Assembly (NCBI RefSeq): GCF_001194135.2
Contig: NC_068992.1
Span: forward strand, 56,569,637 to 56,633,636
From: Octopus bimaculoides
Taxonomy: Eukaryota
DNA: 64,000 nucleotides
Direction of reading: 5' to 3'
Shown here in pieces: positions 27,498 through 41,305 of the stretch (the stretch's first letter is position 1; each line of letters begins with the position of its first letter). The notes under the pieces are model-generated. The model did not search any database and was not told the origin of the DNA. It saw nothing but the letters and a program-made list of their open reading frames with translations. The translations under genes were made by a program, and so were the position numbers.

Positions 27498-28725
27498 GTG
27501 TGTGTGTGTGTATACGTACCTACAGTTATACATGCATAAATCATGTAAGATTTCAACAAGTATAAGAGCACTCAATCAGTTAAGGTAATGATAATCATTA
27601 AATAATGTTATGATAAAAAGCACTAATCTTGATCAATAGAGCTACCCAGGGTTTAACAAGATTTATGGTTTTTACTGTAACATTACATGCATACATACAA
27701 ATATATATACGTAAATACGCACACGCACATTATCTGTAGCTTGATAATTTATTGGAAGAACAAGTAGAAAACATCTCGTCAAAGAACGAAATAAATATTT
27801 TATTTAAGGAAGCTAAGAGCCAGACACCATTACACACACGATAAAATTCCAGATATTAAGAATGAAATTTTTTCATATTTCGAGAAAGAGGAAAGATCTA
27901 GTTTGTCCGCTCATATTCCGAATGAATATAGGAATTACTATCGTGAATGTTTTCCGATATTCTGAATATTTCTATCAAAATATACAAAACTTGCCAACAT
28001 GATTCAACTTGTTAACATTTCATCCAAAAAGATTAATGTTTGTTACTCTTGTTCCAATGTTTGTGGAATGGTCTTTTCCGTTCAAGCCCTTTTTTTCTAT
28101 TAGTTTCGGTTGCAACAATTCTTCTGGGTGATTAAATGTTTAAATATCGGAGACGAACTATTGTTAATATGATAAAAACAGTTTTTGGTGGAAAAGAAAA
28201 AGAACATCTATACTACATTACAATCGATTTGATCTCTGATCGTTATCGGATATCAATCTGAACAAAATATAGCGTAGATGTAAATAATAAAAAAAAAAGG
28301 TTCCTCCTAAAAACGGTGTTAATGGACTGAAAAATTATACTTGTATTAAGGTAAATAGTAATTCAATCTATATCATTCGGCTAGAATTTATGTATATAAC
28401 AATTTAAACAAATGTTTCTTTAACTATAAAATAAAAGCCATACAACGTTAATATTATTTTAAAGACAATTGACTAAGATATTGGCATACTCTATTATAGA
28501 CAACCTTTATTTTATTTATTTAATTCGCGAAAAAATTGACTGCAGGAAAAGAGTGTAAGTTTAGGAGAGTTTTATCGTTTATATACATATTTATTTTCAC
28601 CTAACAGAAATGTGCTTATAATTAAATTTGAACCAAATGTCGCACTAAATGAAGCACAGTAGTTGCTCCAATGAGAGAACGATATATATATATGTATGTG
28701 TATGTGTGTGTATATGTATATACAG

Positions 28726-29047
28726 TGGCGCTCTGTCGGTTACGACTACGAGGGTTTCAGTTGATCTGATCAACGAAACAGCCTGCTCGTAAAATTAATG
28801 TGCAAGTGGTTGAGCACTCCCCAGATACGTGTGCCCTAAACGCAGTTCTCAGGTAGATTCAGCATGACACAGAGTGTGACAAGGCTGGTCCTTTGAAATA
28901 AAAGTACAACAGAAACAGGAAGAAAGAGTGAGAGAAAGTTGTGGTGAAAGAGTACAGCAGGGTTTGCCACCATCCTCTGCCGGAGCCTCGTGGGGCTTTA
29001 GGTGTTTTCGCTCAATAAACACTCACAACGCCTGGTCTGGGAATCAA
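28726..29047 (-). mobile_element. SINE-A, 5'-truncated
   Basis: Reverse complement of 15850-16120, including a segment deleted in that copy. Confidence 0.9.
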
Positions 29048-29429
29048 ATTAATAAACGAGCCACCATCAGCAATGATTTGCAAAATTGGCACCAGACTGG
29101 CCATTTTGAGGCTGAGCAGATAGATTGAAATTCCGTAATCTGCTTAAGCTGAAGGTATTAAATTCGAAGTTGTTTCTGCTAGAATTTAAATGCCGTAATT
29201 GTTAAAATGGGACTAAAATAAATATTGTTATTGGTACTGGAAACAATTTAAAGACTATGATTGCTAACTGCAAACAGTTTAGAAGGCTATGATTACCTAA
29301 CATAAAAGAATTAGTTATAGATTTTCTAAAACGGAGAAACTTAAACAAATTGATATTGAGCAGGAGGTCATTTAAATCCAATTATTACTAAACTCGGTAC
29401 AATTACTACAAGTCGAAGATTCTACCTTT

Positions 29430-29640
29430 TTATCTTTTACTTGTTTCAGTCATTGGAATGCGGCCATGCTATGTCACCACCTTGAAGGGTTTTTAATGGA
29501 AGAAATCTAACTCAGTACTTGGTTTTTAAAGTCTGATATTTATTCTATGGCCTTGTTTTGCCGAACCGATAATTTATAGGGACGTAAACAAACCAACACA
29601 GGTTGTCAAGGTTTAGGTAACAGACACGCAAGCATAAACA
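29430..29640 (-). mobile_element. SINE-D 3' half
   Basis: ttttacttgtttcagtcattggaatgcggccatgct...ttgccgaaccg...gacgtaaacaaaccaacac.ggttgtcaag. Confidence 0.8.
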
Positions 29641-30086
29641 CCCAACCATTCACATACACAAACACACACACACATACATGCATACACACACTCACACACG
29701 CGCGCGCGCGCGCACACACACACACATATATATATATGAGGCACTTAAGGTTTTGGTCGGTTGTGAGATTTTGTAAATGAGAGTTGATCAAAATGCTATG
29801 CAGTAAGATTGTAACTGAGAACAAGTGCTTAAGAAGCACACTGAAAAACGCTTGAGTTGTATGATTGCTAAAAGTACAACTCCACTTTAAAAATCATTCT
29901 TACTAACTGTGAATAAATGAAATATGATTGCTAAGAGAACAAGTGCACCAATGATTTTATTGTTCGACTCATGATCAAAAGGTCAAGTATCTCTTCCTCG
30001 ACCAGACTTCGCGTTTTGTCGTTAATCAAGTCATTGTTTTCTTCTCCTCTGCTGTAATGTGTCCGAAACGGGACCTGGTTCATTAC

Positions 30087-30158
30087 CGTGTCCTTCCATC
30101 AGTCATATCCCGAAGAAGCCAAATGTGTGTCTGTATGCGCTCGCGATTACACAGGCTT
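30087..30158 (-). CDS. Candidate 72-nt exon (phase 2-2), product unknown
   Basis: Acceptor cttttcttaattgttttag, donor ACG|gtaatg; only one frame is open (SLCNRERIQTHIWLLRDMTDGRT). No homology recognised. Confidence 0.15.
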
Positions 30159-30614
30159 CTAAAACAATTAAGAAAAGCATGGTTCGTATTAGCAAGCCAT
30201 TTTCTCTCGTGAGCTACGGCTAGCTGCACATTTAAAATAGGGATTTTATTTTATTTTTATTTTAATGACGAAGATCGCACAAGGAACGATTTAACTAATA
30301 CATTAATGGTTTCGTAAAAAATTCAGATATTATGACTGTTAGCTAGGACAATTTAAAAGGAATAATTGCTAAATTGTAACATTTTAAAACATCTTCAGTA
30401 CTAAAATACCATTAACGCTAACTGCCTGAAATATAGAAATATAATTGCTAAACAGTGCAAGAGAATTATAGTTCTGTATTGCTAAATAGAAATTATTTAA
30501 TTAATTCCATTGTTTATTAGGAGCAATTGAAATGTCGTTATTGTTGAACTGGAGACGTTAGAATGCTATGGTTGCAAACTGGGAATCAATTTGAAATTTG
30601 TTTTCTATGCTTTA

Positions 30615-31390
30615 TCTTTCATTAGCTTCACTCATTGAAATGCTGCAATCCTGGAGCACTGTCATTTAGGGTTTAGTCGAGTAGATCAGTCATTTAAGCT
30701 GAACCGCTAAGTTACGGGTACCCTAACAAATCGATACTGGTTGTCAAACAGTGAAGAACAAACACAAATACACGGTTCCACACACATATACATAGATACA
30801 TTATACTTGTAAATACACATACGCCCATATACATAAAACATTGCGAGTGGATTTGGTATATATATATATATATATATATATNNNNNNNNNNNNNNNNNNN
30901 NNNNNNNNNNNNNNNNNNNNNNNNNNNNNNNNNNNNNNNNNNNNNNNNNNNNNNNNNNNNNNNNNNNNNNNNNNNNNNNNNNNNNNNNNNNNNNNNNNNN
31001 NNNNNNNNNNNNNNNNNNNNNNNNNNNNNNNNNNNNNNNNNNNNNNNNNNNNNNNNNNNNNNNNNNNNNNNNNNNNNNNNNNNNNNNNNNNNNNNNNNNN
31101 NNNNNNNNNNNNNNNNNNNNNNNNNNNNNNNNNNNNNNNNNNNNNNNNNNNNNNNNNNNNNNNNNNNNNNNNNNNNNNNNNNNNNNNNNNNNNNNNNNNN
31201 NNNNNNNNNNNATATATATATATATATATATATATACAAGGCAGGCTTTCATTCAGTTGCCGTCTACCTACAGGGTTGGTCCGGGGTCACAAGGCTAAGA
31301 TTGAAGACATTTGTCCAGGGACCCGCAGCGTAGAACTGATCTAAAACCAAGTGGTTGCAAAGCGAAGTGCTTAACCACGCAGCTGTTTCT
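30615..31390 (-). mobile_element. SINE-D spanning an expanded internal microsatellite and assembly gap
   Basis: 3' half at 30615-30770 (ggagcact...gaaccgctaagttacggg...ggttgtcaa) and 5' half at 31235-31390 (ggctttcattcagttgccgtctacc...aaccaagtggttg), collinear. Confidence 0.7.
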
Positions 31391-31599
31391 CCACCTCTGC
31401 TTGTTAGCATGGAATAATTTTAAAATTATGATTGCCAACTGACATCCAATTAAGTACTATAATAGCTAAGAAAATACTAAGATTACTAAATGGAAGTTTA
31501 TAAACAGATCATATTTACTTAGGATATTATGAATATTGATCGCTGCTGTAGTTTAGAACTTGGTTAGTTCTGATTCTGTAGACGTATAATCAATGCAAT

Positions 31600-32190
31600 T
31601 TAATAAGTGACAGTCACGTAGTTTTGTTGATTTAGATGTATATTGTGTAGCATGTTCTGGTTTAAAAGACAATCTTGTGTGATTCTAAAGAATGCTGCTG
31701 CTCTGTCTAGTAAGGCGGGTGATTACGTAGAACCTCATTAGTTTTCGTGTATCAGCGTTCGTAATTTTCGTTCATAGATGATGTAAGAAATATTGTGGGT
31801 TGCCTATCTCCACGTGGTTCAACTACCGAAATGTTTATAGTAATATTTACTAGAAATTATTATTCAAAATGCTACAAGACATCGGCGTTATGTAATTTTG
31901 GGCAATCGGACGACCCTGTTGTCAAGATATGGGAATTCGTGATCGTCTGATTCCTTGACAATAGCACAAACACAAGGATGAGACAAGGAAGAGGAAATCT
32001 GTATGTGACTACTCAAAATGCTAGAAATAGCAAGCATATCATCCTTAAACTGCTCCATAACTTCAAAAAACAAAAAGAGGACTCTACTGACTGTGGCACA
32101 ACACCGTATATTTCCTCTCTTGAAGTAGGCGCAAGTTCTTTCCACTAGTTGAGTGGTATCAAGAGCATTAAAATAAAAGTCAATGTTCAC
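31600..32190 (-). mobile_element. Degenerate Penelope-like reverse transcriptase fragment
   Basis: Translation VSRVLFLFFEVME..QFKDDMLAI..IVKESDDHEFPYLDNRVVR and downstream GNPQYFL resemble the PLE RT motifs (SPvLAnlfmE, YVDD, FTxExE..lPFLD, NGYP). Multiple stops. Confidence 0.55.
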
Positions 32191-33639
32191 GTTTGTAATC
32201 TTTTATTGAACTCACGGCCCTTAAAGCATTTCCTGGGCACTGCACTTCGATTCTAAATATACTTAGTCTTTTCATATGACATAACTGCAAACAATGCATT
32301 TATTCTATTTATTATTACAAACGCTTACTAGGTTGCGAGCTGGTAGAATTGTGACCGTGAGAGACTGCACAAAGGTTTCATCACCGTTGTTTCGTCCTTG
32401 TGTGTGTTCTGTTTCCAAAGAGACAAACAACGATGACGTATATGGACTCAATGAAGGCGTCCGACAGGATAAATTTACATAACTTTAAAGTCATGTAACC
32501 TTTTATAATAACAGTTTTTTGAAAAAGGAAAATGAAATCGGTTTTCCTGAAAAGCAGGCAAGACTACATCAGTATATAAAATCAAAAAATGGTAATGACA
32601 ATTTGAAAAAAGATTGTAGTGCTTGGAAAGAATTTTAAAATATCCTAGACCTCATCCGACATTTCAGTGTTGCTAATTTTCTTCATATGCGGAAACGTCA
32701 ATAGTACTTTTCAGAAGAACGTATGTAAATTCAGAAATCCAGAAGGCATAACTAAACACCTTTCCCGTTACACTATTGTCGTATAGAGTTTATTTCATAC
32801 GAATAGGTTTTTGTTTGATCAGAACATGTATATGTATATGTGTCATAAGGAGTAACCGTTTTAAGTCTAATCGCAGTTTGGTTTCTATATTCATGTAAAT
32901 TCTTCTAATTAGATATTTTCTTTCTTGGCGCTTTAGTTTTAATGGTGGTAACATTTTGGCTAAAGACAGCAAATTACGTTGAATTGATAATTGAGATGGT
33001 AATTTCGAACCTGAAGTGGCGAAATGTTATTATAAGAACAGTTTAATGTTGGCAAAGAGAATTATTAAAAATTGTCGATTTTGCACAGGCATTTAAGATT
33101 TCGTGTTGTTGATCGGAAACAGCTATGTCAAATCAGCGCTGTATTTTGATAGCGTTATTGAAAACTACGCTACGTTGTAATCGATTATTACTACATATTT
33201 CAAATACCAGGTTACTTCACTTGACATCCCATCATGCATCATTAAAATGTCAGCATTCTTTCTACTTCATGTGTCTCTCATATGATGAACTTTTCATATC
33301 CTTTATCACATACTTATGTCATCAATCAAATCCCTTTTGTTCTGTGTGACACTACTGAAAGTCTTTCACAGAATTTCATTTGACCATATTCAATTCGCGG
33401 ACACTGATGTCTTTGGAATCCTACAGATTCCTCAGGGATGTATTTACGTATTTACTATTCTCAATTATTTGCCTCACAAAAATATGAAAAAAAGAAAATG
33501 TCACTAACAGCGACATAATTTTATTAAATATCTCCCCGACAGATATTCAAAATATTAATGGATATATTTATTAATTACAACTTCGTTTTTGTATTTGACT
33601 TCAAAGCTTCTTGACATGACAACGGGTGTAAGAACAAAT

Positions 33640-33826
33640 TTTGTTCCGTTACTGGGCTGTCATTTTTGCCAAAAGAAACACACGCACTGGTTATATTTAA
33701 CCTTTTCATATAAATCTTTAGTTAAGTATCAAAATAATTAACTAATCGATTCTTAGGTAAACCTTTCCATTAATCAACCAATCAGCTAGTTTCTTACAGT
33801 TCTTTTGTCGCCAATGTTTCCTCAGC
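33640..33826 (-). mobile_element. Highly decayed copy of HHR-bearing repeat HH-B
   Basis: Shares aaacacacgcactg.tatattt with 63770-63790, and minus-strand CUGAGGA...GACAAAAGAACU compares with the intact GACGAAAGAACU. Confidence 0.35.
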
Positions 33827-34169
33827 ATTATATCGCAGGATGGGTGACGTATTTGCTTCACATTCATATCGGTGATTACTACAAAGCATAAAAGTAGGAA
33901 ACATGATCTATCATAGCTCACGAAGAATGTTATATCATCTCCATGTTATTGCAAATCCTTTAGAGTCAGCCGACCCCTCTGGTCTTCTATAGTTTGGTAA
34001 CAAGTGCTATACTTTGGCTAGTTATTATAAATGACTATTTAGTTGCAAGGTGATACATATACCCTCTCGACTTGCACACACTTTGACCTAAAGATTCCTT
34101 CGAATAGCACACACTTTGACCCAAAGATTCATCCAGAATTTGGCAGCTGGAAGAGGAGAAAGCTGCACA

Positions 34170-34325
34170 CACACAATTGGTTCACAGCCACAGCTGAGTA
34201 GACTGAAGTAACGTAAAATTAACAGCCTTGCTCAAGAACAGAACGCGTCAGCCGGTCCCGAAATTGAACCCACCGCATAATGATCCAGAGATGAACATTT
34301 TAACCACTAGGCAACGCATTTTACA
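34170..34325 (-). mobile_element. SINE-B-like 5' fragment
   Basis: Minus strand gcgttgcctagtggttaaaatg...gggttcaatttcgg...gttcttgagcaagg...cagtctactcagctg. Confidence 0.6.
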
Positions 34326-36158
34326 TGCAAATCTTAAAATGTCTGCAATTTACATTAAATATTTGGAGCCAAGTAGCAAATTTGCTACGGCTAATATTCG
34401 CTCGCTTGAATATATTTCATAACACTATTCATGTAATGTTTCATCTGTTACAGCTGTGAAACTAATGTCCTTATATACTGTGAGTTTTAAGTTATCGCAC
34501 ATCATTCTCTCTGCAGCAGAACTTTATTAAATATACTCTTTGAATTTAGACCACATGCAATTCCAGCCTCAGCCACCAGTTGAAAAGCAATTGTGATTAA
34601 TAAAAACTTGTCGTTTATTCCGTCTTTCGTATTTCATTTTACCATATATATNNNNNNNNNNNNNNNNNNNNNNNNNNNNNNNNNNNNNNNNNNNNNNNNN
34701 NNNNNNNNNNNNNNNNNNNNNNNNNNNNNNNNNNNNNNNNNNNNNNNNNNNNNNNNNNNNNNNNNNNNNNNNNNNNNNNNNNNNNNNNNNNNNNNNNNNN
34801 NNNNNNNNNNNNNNNNNNNNNNNNNNNNNNNNNNNNNNNNNNNNNNNNNNNNNNNNNNNNNNNNNNNNNNNNNNNNNNNNNNNNNNNNNNNNNNNNTATA
34901 TATATATATATATTTATATATGCCTCAAATTTCATTAGTACTATCGTACGAACCTCGAGGGTCTTGAGTCAGTTATTTCAAGCCGCAGCTAATGAATAAA
35001 AGATAAATAGTTTAAACTATAATTTATGTATTGAATTCTATTTTCCTGTTTATATTGTCAAGTACATATAGGCGCACACAAAACAGTTCATCGACAATCG
35101 CACATACAAATACAAAACAGAAACATGTTGCATAATATTATTCACATTCCATATGTTATATCCTGTAAAGTTATTAGATTTTTCAACAAGAGAGGCGTGT
35201 GAAACAAGCAAAATTTATTGAAATTACGATGTTTGTAAAATTCTGTGGATTGTTGATCTAATTAAGATTACAATATATTGAATAATGTATTAAATTAGCT
35301 ATTGATTACTTTTTAAATATACATGCCAAAACAATAAAAAATATGGTGGAGTGTAGTACATTTCTGATATTTATAATATTGAACATTATAGAATTTCAGT
35401 GAATGCTACCATTGGTTTCCAGAATCCATACAAATAAATGCAGCGTTTATAAAGTTTACTGAAACAGAATCAGATTTTCTCTTGCGTTTTTCTTCTTTCC
35501 ATTAAGTTTTCTGTCTCGTGAAAGTAATTTTTCTATTAAATGAACTGAATGCAATTCTGCAACTTAGATAATCGAGTATATTATTAAATGAAAGTTAAAT
35601 ATTATTGGAGACACAAGAAGTTTGTTTTTCACTTGCTTATCAGCTAGAAGCTACATAATACTTTATAAATGTTAGGTCAACAACACAACACGTCTCAAAC
35701 TCCTTGACAGTATCATATCGTTATATTGTTTCCAGAAAAATATACCTTAAGCATAATAACAATCTCTATCACGAAGTGCGTTTTATTTTGTTCTAACATA
35801 AAATTGATTTTAATACGATATATTTCCCAAGGAGAGTGAATGGATAAAAATTGATTCAATACTGGGAGAATGCCATGTATTATGCAGCTAGATTGGTTAA
35901 AGTTCTGAACGAAAATATTACCGGGGTCAGCTTTAACTTTCATCTTTCCCAGGGGCGATTAACAACATACAAAACTGTAAAATTCTATAGTCGATCGAAT
36001 TGATCATGCTCATGCGCAAATCTTGTGCACTTGTGACCTCTTTGTAACACGTGAGGCATATTTTGTACAATATGTGTGTGTGTTTGTTTGATTACACACA
36101 CACACGCACACACGCATATATACAATGTGTGCGTGTGTGTATGTCTTTATTTCTTTCT

Positions 36159-36199
<41 letters not shown>

Positions 36200-36420
36200 A
36201 TTTAATGCAATCATAACACAACATATGTAGATCAAATCAGTAGAGACACTGGATGCTTCTACAAAGACCTGTCGCCGCTAATGTAGGGAGCGAGATGGAT
36301 GGTATGTGCAGGTTGAAAGATATCCGAGCAAGCTCGACCAAATTATTGGTGGAAAATGTAAACGGTATTAAAATAGAGCTGCTAATATAATAGTTTCTTG
36401 CCATGGAGATACTATTATAC

Positions 36421-36608
36421 AGATTTACATGACGTGCCTTGTATTCCTCCCAGTAATCCTCAAGCTCAGGGCACATGTTTAGACCTATTTGAAATCCAGA
36501 ACGCTGGTATCTTCTCATGTTCCAGCGTACTGGTTTTCAAAAATAACTAACCATGTGCCCTGGACCTGAGGGTTTCTTGGAGACACACAAGGAACATTAT
36601 ATAAATCT
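36421..36608. repeat. 188-bp imperfect inverted repeat (87-nt arms, 14-nt spacer)
   Basis: Arms 36421-36507 and 36522-36608 align without gaps, 67/87 matches by hand count. Confidence 0.9.
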
Positions 36609-36706
36609 ACCTATTTACAGTGTATCTATTCTAAACTGTGTACATTAAATAATATTTATCTCTCGTTGGATGGAGTGCTTTTTTTGGTGACACAACTTTA
36701 AAGGAA

Positions 36707-36740
<34 letters not shown>

Positions 36741-36742
<2 letters not shown>

Positions 36743-36939
36743 GAGAATATACAAAAAATAACAACAGACGAGGACAGGTGGTGTAAATAACAAAAGTATA
36801 TATTAGTATGACGCTCGGGAATACGGAAAGTCTTTGACGTTTCGAGCTACGCTCTTCAACAGAAAGAATACGGAGACAAGGAGAAAAACACGGAGAAAAA
36901 AAAAAAATTGAATAGTGTTCAGTCAACGGTCAATCATAA
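36741..36939 (-). mobile_element. Short HHR-bearing repeat HH-A, flanked by (TA)n on both sides
   Basis: Near-identical to 9562-9760. Confidence 0.75.
36831..36867 (-). ncRNA. Minimal type I hammerhead-like motif, variant core CUGUUGA
   Basis: Identical to the motif at 9653-9689. Confidence 0.65.
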
Positions 36940-38377
36940 TATATATATATACACGAGAGTAGTTCAAAAATTAAACGCACTCTTGTTTCAGCAGTATATT
37001 AAAACAAAAGCAGGGCTTAAAAAATTCAATCATCAGCGCCATCAACATTACCAAGAGGACCAATACAAGAAATGCTGTCACCATAATCACCCCACCTCCA
37101 CCACCACAAGAAAGAGTAACAACAACCATTGCGTCATAAAGTAGGAAGAATGGAGTATATAAAGCTGTCGATCAGTGGATATAGGCCTTATTGTTTGAAT
37201 TACTAGCTTACTATGGGATTTACAGGATGACAGATGATCTAGAATTACACAAAAACGAACACAACTTTAAAATCTAAAAAATTTAACAATTAAGTTCCTT
37301 ATAAAAGCATAGCAAAAATTGCACTAATTTTTTTTAATGGTTTATTCCAAGGAGGAAGGGTAACATTTGACCCGACGACATGCCACAAAACCTCTGTACT
37401 ATAGTATAACCTGATTCTATATAGTGTTTCTAAGCTCCTTCGTAATTATGTGCGCATTTTGGTTTCTTAAAAGTTCTCCGTAGCAACAGATAGGTGTTCG
37501 AATAACCTGATCAGCCAATGTTTTAAGTCTTCAACTTGTTTCCTCCTCCTTTGGGTTTAGCTACAACACGGTTTTCGCTATAGATTTCGTAATTACTGCA
37601 GCGTACGCCGCTGTTTCCAGTAAAAGAGTACAAGAGATTCCTGCATCATGCAGAGATCTAGGCGATGGCGGAATTCTGCCCGTCTTAGTATGCAACATGG
37701 TGGAATCGTTTGAGCTCAAGCGTTAAGCTTCTCATACGCATTTCCATGCAATGTAGAGCTCACTTTGTAACTGGCTAACAATCGGCCCAATATCATGCCA
37801 TGGATCATACAATGAGCTCGTACACCTTCGACTGAGAATACGTCAACATACAGTGCCCTCATGGAATAGCCGTAACGTCGCGGAATCCCTCTAATTTCTC
37901 TCCCAAGAGTCGAATAGTTGTATTAGCCTTGGTATAGGATTACATCTTTCATGGATTCCAGTTATGTTGCCTGTTGAAAGGCAATCTGATTTACTCAGAG
38001 GCATATAAAATAACTGATCATAATATCCTAAAATTAATTAGATAGATAATTCTCAATTCATTACAAAATTAACAAGTCTAATTATATAAACTTAATGGAT
38101 ATGCATTATTCATTTTTAACGAATAGAGTGAAACTCTGATACATCCTATTCCATCCCCGACCTTTTCGTCTTTTTCTCTAGCAGCGAACACATTGTTAAA
38201 TGTATCCATCTTTAAGATAGTAAGATGTGACTGGAGCTATGATAATATAATGCGCAACTTCGTATCGCGTCAGAGAAGTGATGGTAATAGTATTACATTA
38301 TACTAATCATTATTTTCTCATATCTGTTTTATACAATCAATACTTCAACCGTATTGCATAATTCATTCTCATCTTTA

Positions 38378-38572
38378 TACAAGGCAAGCACTTTGAGGGG
38401 AGGGAAAGTTGATTACCTTAACTCCTTGTTCAACTGGTACTTATATTATCGACTCCAAAAGGACGAAAGACAAAGTTGTTCGCAGTGGGATTTGAACTCA
38501 GAGAATAAAAAGGTAGAAAAATACCGTTTAGTGATTTGTTCGGGTCGTTAACAATTCTGCCAGCTCACTTCC
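38378..38572 (-). mobile_element. SINE-C, diverged
   Basis: caactggtacttatattatcgactccaaaaggacgaaagacaaagtt...ggatttgaactcaga...acaattctgccagctc. Confidence 0.75.
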
Positions 38573-39473
38573 CTCAATACGTATAACATAATAGTAAGAA
38601 AGTGTGATAGTCCAAAAAGCAATTTCATGAATCTCGGGCGCTTTTGTTTACTGCATCGTTAGTTCCGATTGCATATACTTTGATCCCTTGCACTAAATTG
38701 TGACCCTCTCTATGCAATCATTTATTATACATTCAATACAGCTCTGCAACAACTTAGCAAGATTTATTTTTCTTTACTGCAACGTAATTAACATTTAATA
38801 AATTCCATTATTTTCAATATTTAATGATAGTTTAATAAATTCTCCCCCAGACAAATCTCATCTGGATACGAAATTAGTGTGAAAGTCGACAATGAAGACG
38901 GTTTAATTAATTGCTGTATACTCTTAGGCTCATTTCTTGATAATTAATATACAAAGTTCATGTATACTTCGACTTGCCATCAACTGATCATGAATGAATC
39001 ATGTTATATTGCATTGAGTCTACATGATTAGGAAATAATGCCGAGGTTTAAACTGTAAATCTTTCCCTGGCAACAATTATTAACTGATGAAATAATTATC
39101 TATTCTTATGATAATGTCATGAAACGAAACGTCTAAAGTAGCGACGCGTGTTAACATATAATAACCCTGTGTTCAATATCGTGAAGGACTTAACAAAACT
39201 TAAGTGATTTATCTCGTGCAAAGTTCCTGTCATTCGGCATTATATAGAACAAAAAATATATAATAAATTTTAAAATAGTGTGAGGGAAATACGTAAAGTT
39301 GTACTATAACCCTGTCTAGAGTAGCGAGAAGTTGCAAATGCTAAAAAATACGTAATGCCTTTAAAATCAATAACGGCATATCAACTATATGCAAAATAAT
39401 CTGGTATCCCTACCATCTTTACCGCCATTTTACATTTTAACAAAAAAGAAAAAGTATATATGCAATTAAACAA

Positions 39474-39555
<82 letters not shown>

Positions 39556-39644
39556 CTGTACATATATATATCTGTACATATATATATATATCTGTACATA
39601 TATACATATGTTGAGGGATAATAGTAATAATGGTACACTCCTCC

Positions 39645-39690
39645 CACGTGACGAGTTGTATGTTCTAGTCGTTACAAGTAAGGTGACGTC
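39645..39690. promoter_or_regulatory. CpG-rich patch with CACGTGAC E-box and TGACGTC CRE-like motif
   Basis: Motifs at 39645-39652 and 39684-39690; about 10 CpG in 140 bp between microsatellites. Function is inferred only. Confidence 0.15.
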
Positions 39691-39876
39691 GGTCAGTATG
39701 GAGAGAGTACGATGTAGACGGTCATAGATAGTCGTTGTCTTACTTTTCTTACTAACTATGCTGCCATACTAGAACGGGCGTGATAACATTTCGACATAAA
39801 AGATAATAACACTATATTTCTACATATGTGTATGTACGTCCACACACAAACACACACACACAGACACACACATATA

Positions 39877-39916
<40 letters not shown>

Positions 39917-41213
39917 TAGACATAGGCAGACTCACACACACACACACACACAAACACACATTTATATAACCGCAAATAATTATGCTATTATACCCCAAAT
40001 ACCGATTGAAGCGACGAAGAGAAGGAGTAACGAAAATTCAGAAGGAATGGAAGAAAAAGGAAATTATAATAATTTCATTTTTTTAGCTTCATTTTTCATC
40101 CTTTATTTTTTTTTAGCTTCATTCAAAATGCAAAAAAAGAAAATTAAATTATTAGCTGAGAACTTGATTGTTTGGTTTAGCTTTGAGGCTTTTCTATGTC
40201 TTCGTGGCTAAACTATATTATTAACACGTACACTAGAAAAGAACGTGCTGTGCATGTATTCTTATCTGTTGATAAGACATAGTGTAGTGAACGATTTACT
40301 AAATGAAGCAGCAAGGCTTCAGAAAAAAAATTTATAATTATTTTATGTAATTGCAATTACGCTGTTAAGTGACTAATAGTGGTATACTGAGCTATTGCTG
40401 GGGCTACAATCTTAGCCATGCACATTTTTCTTTAGTTTCATTTTATTTCTGTTTCATGAATTTATTTTGTCCGCCCCAAAAGGACTTCAACAATTGTTAT
40501 TTCAATCACGTGATCTAAAGCATTAGCCATATTACAATGAGGAGAATTTTCTTAAATGTATTCTTAACACGCATACAAATAGATTTAGCATCATATATAT
40601 ATATGTATATATAATTTTTTACATCCCAATAACCTAAGAGTTCAGCATAAGACAACGATAGTATTAAAACCAGATTTAAAAACAAAAAACAAAAACAAAA
40701 TAAACTTCTCGTCGGTGGCCCGGTAGGCCGCAGTCTAGTGACTGAAACAAGTAAGAACTAAGAGGTAAAAGGTAATTATATTATTTATGTGCATGACAAC
40801 CTTGCCTTTGTAAACGATGAATTACTTCGTTGAGCACTTAATGTAAACTATTTCGCAAGTTTTAAAAATCTGATTAACTTAAATATTTTCAATCTCTTCC
40901 ATTTTAATACCTTAAGCAACAACACTGCAACAACTACGATTGCTTGTAAATGAGATTTAGTAATTTACCAAAGTAAAAATAAGAAAATAAAAAGTAAACC
41001 ATATAATTGTTTTTAACAGAATTTGATGTAAAGATGTTGAAAGGATATTTAAATCGCCCAAGACTGTATAATTCACACACATTTATTATTTCTTTATCTA
41101 AGTCAGCTTACATCACACATACATACATACATACATACATACAAGCATGCATGCATGCATACATACATACATACATACATACATACATACTTACATAATA
41201 CATATATATATGC

Positions 41214-41305
<92 letters not shown>

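Noticed and set aside
34074-34130. 24-bp direct repeat; also the 30-bp repeat near 23560-23640 and small duplications at 52015-52125
   Set aside because: Ordinary slippage duplications, not CRISPR-like (only two units, no spacer array).
39084-39133. CUGAUGA ... GAAACGUC
   Set aside because: Stem II does not abut the core and stem I is absent.
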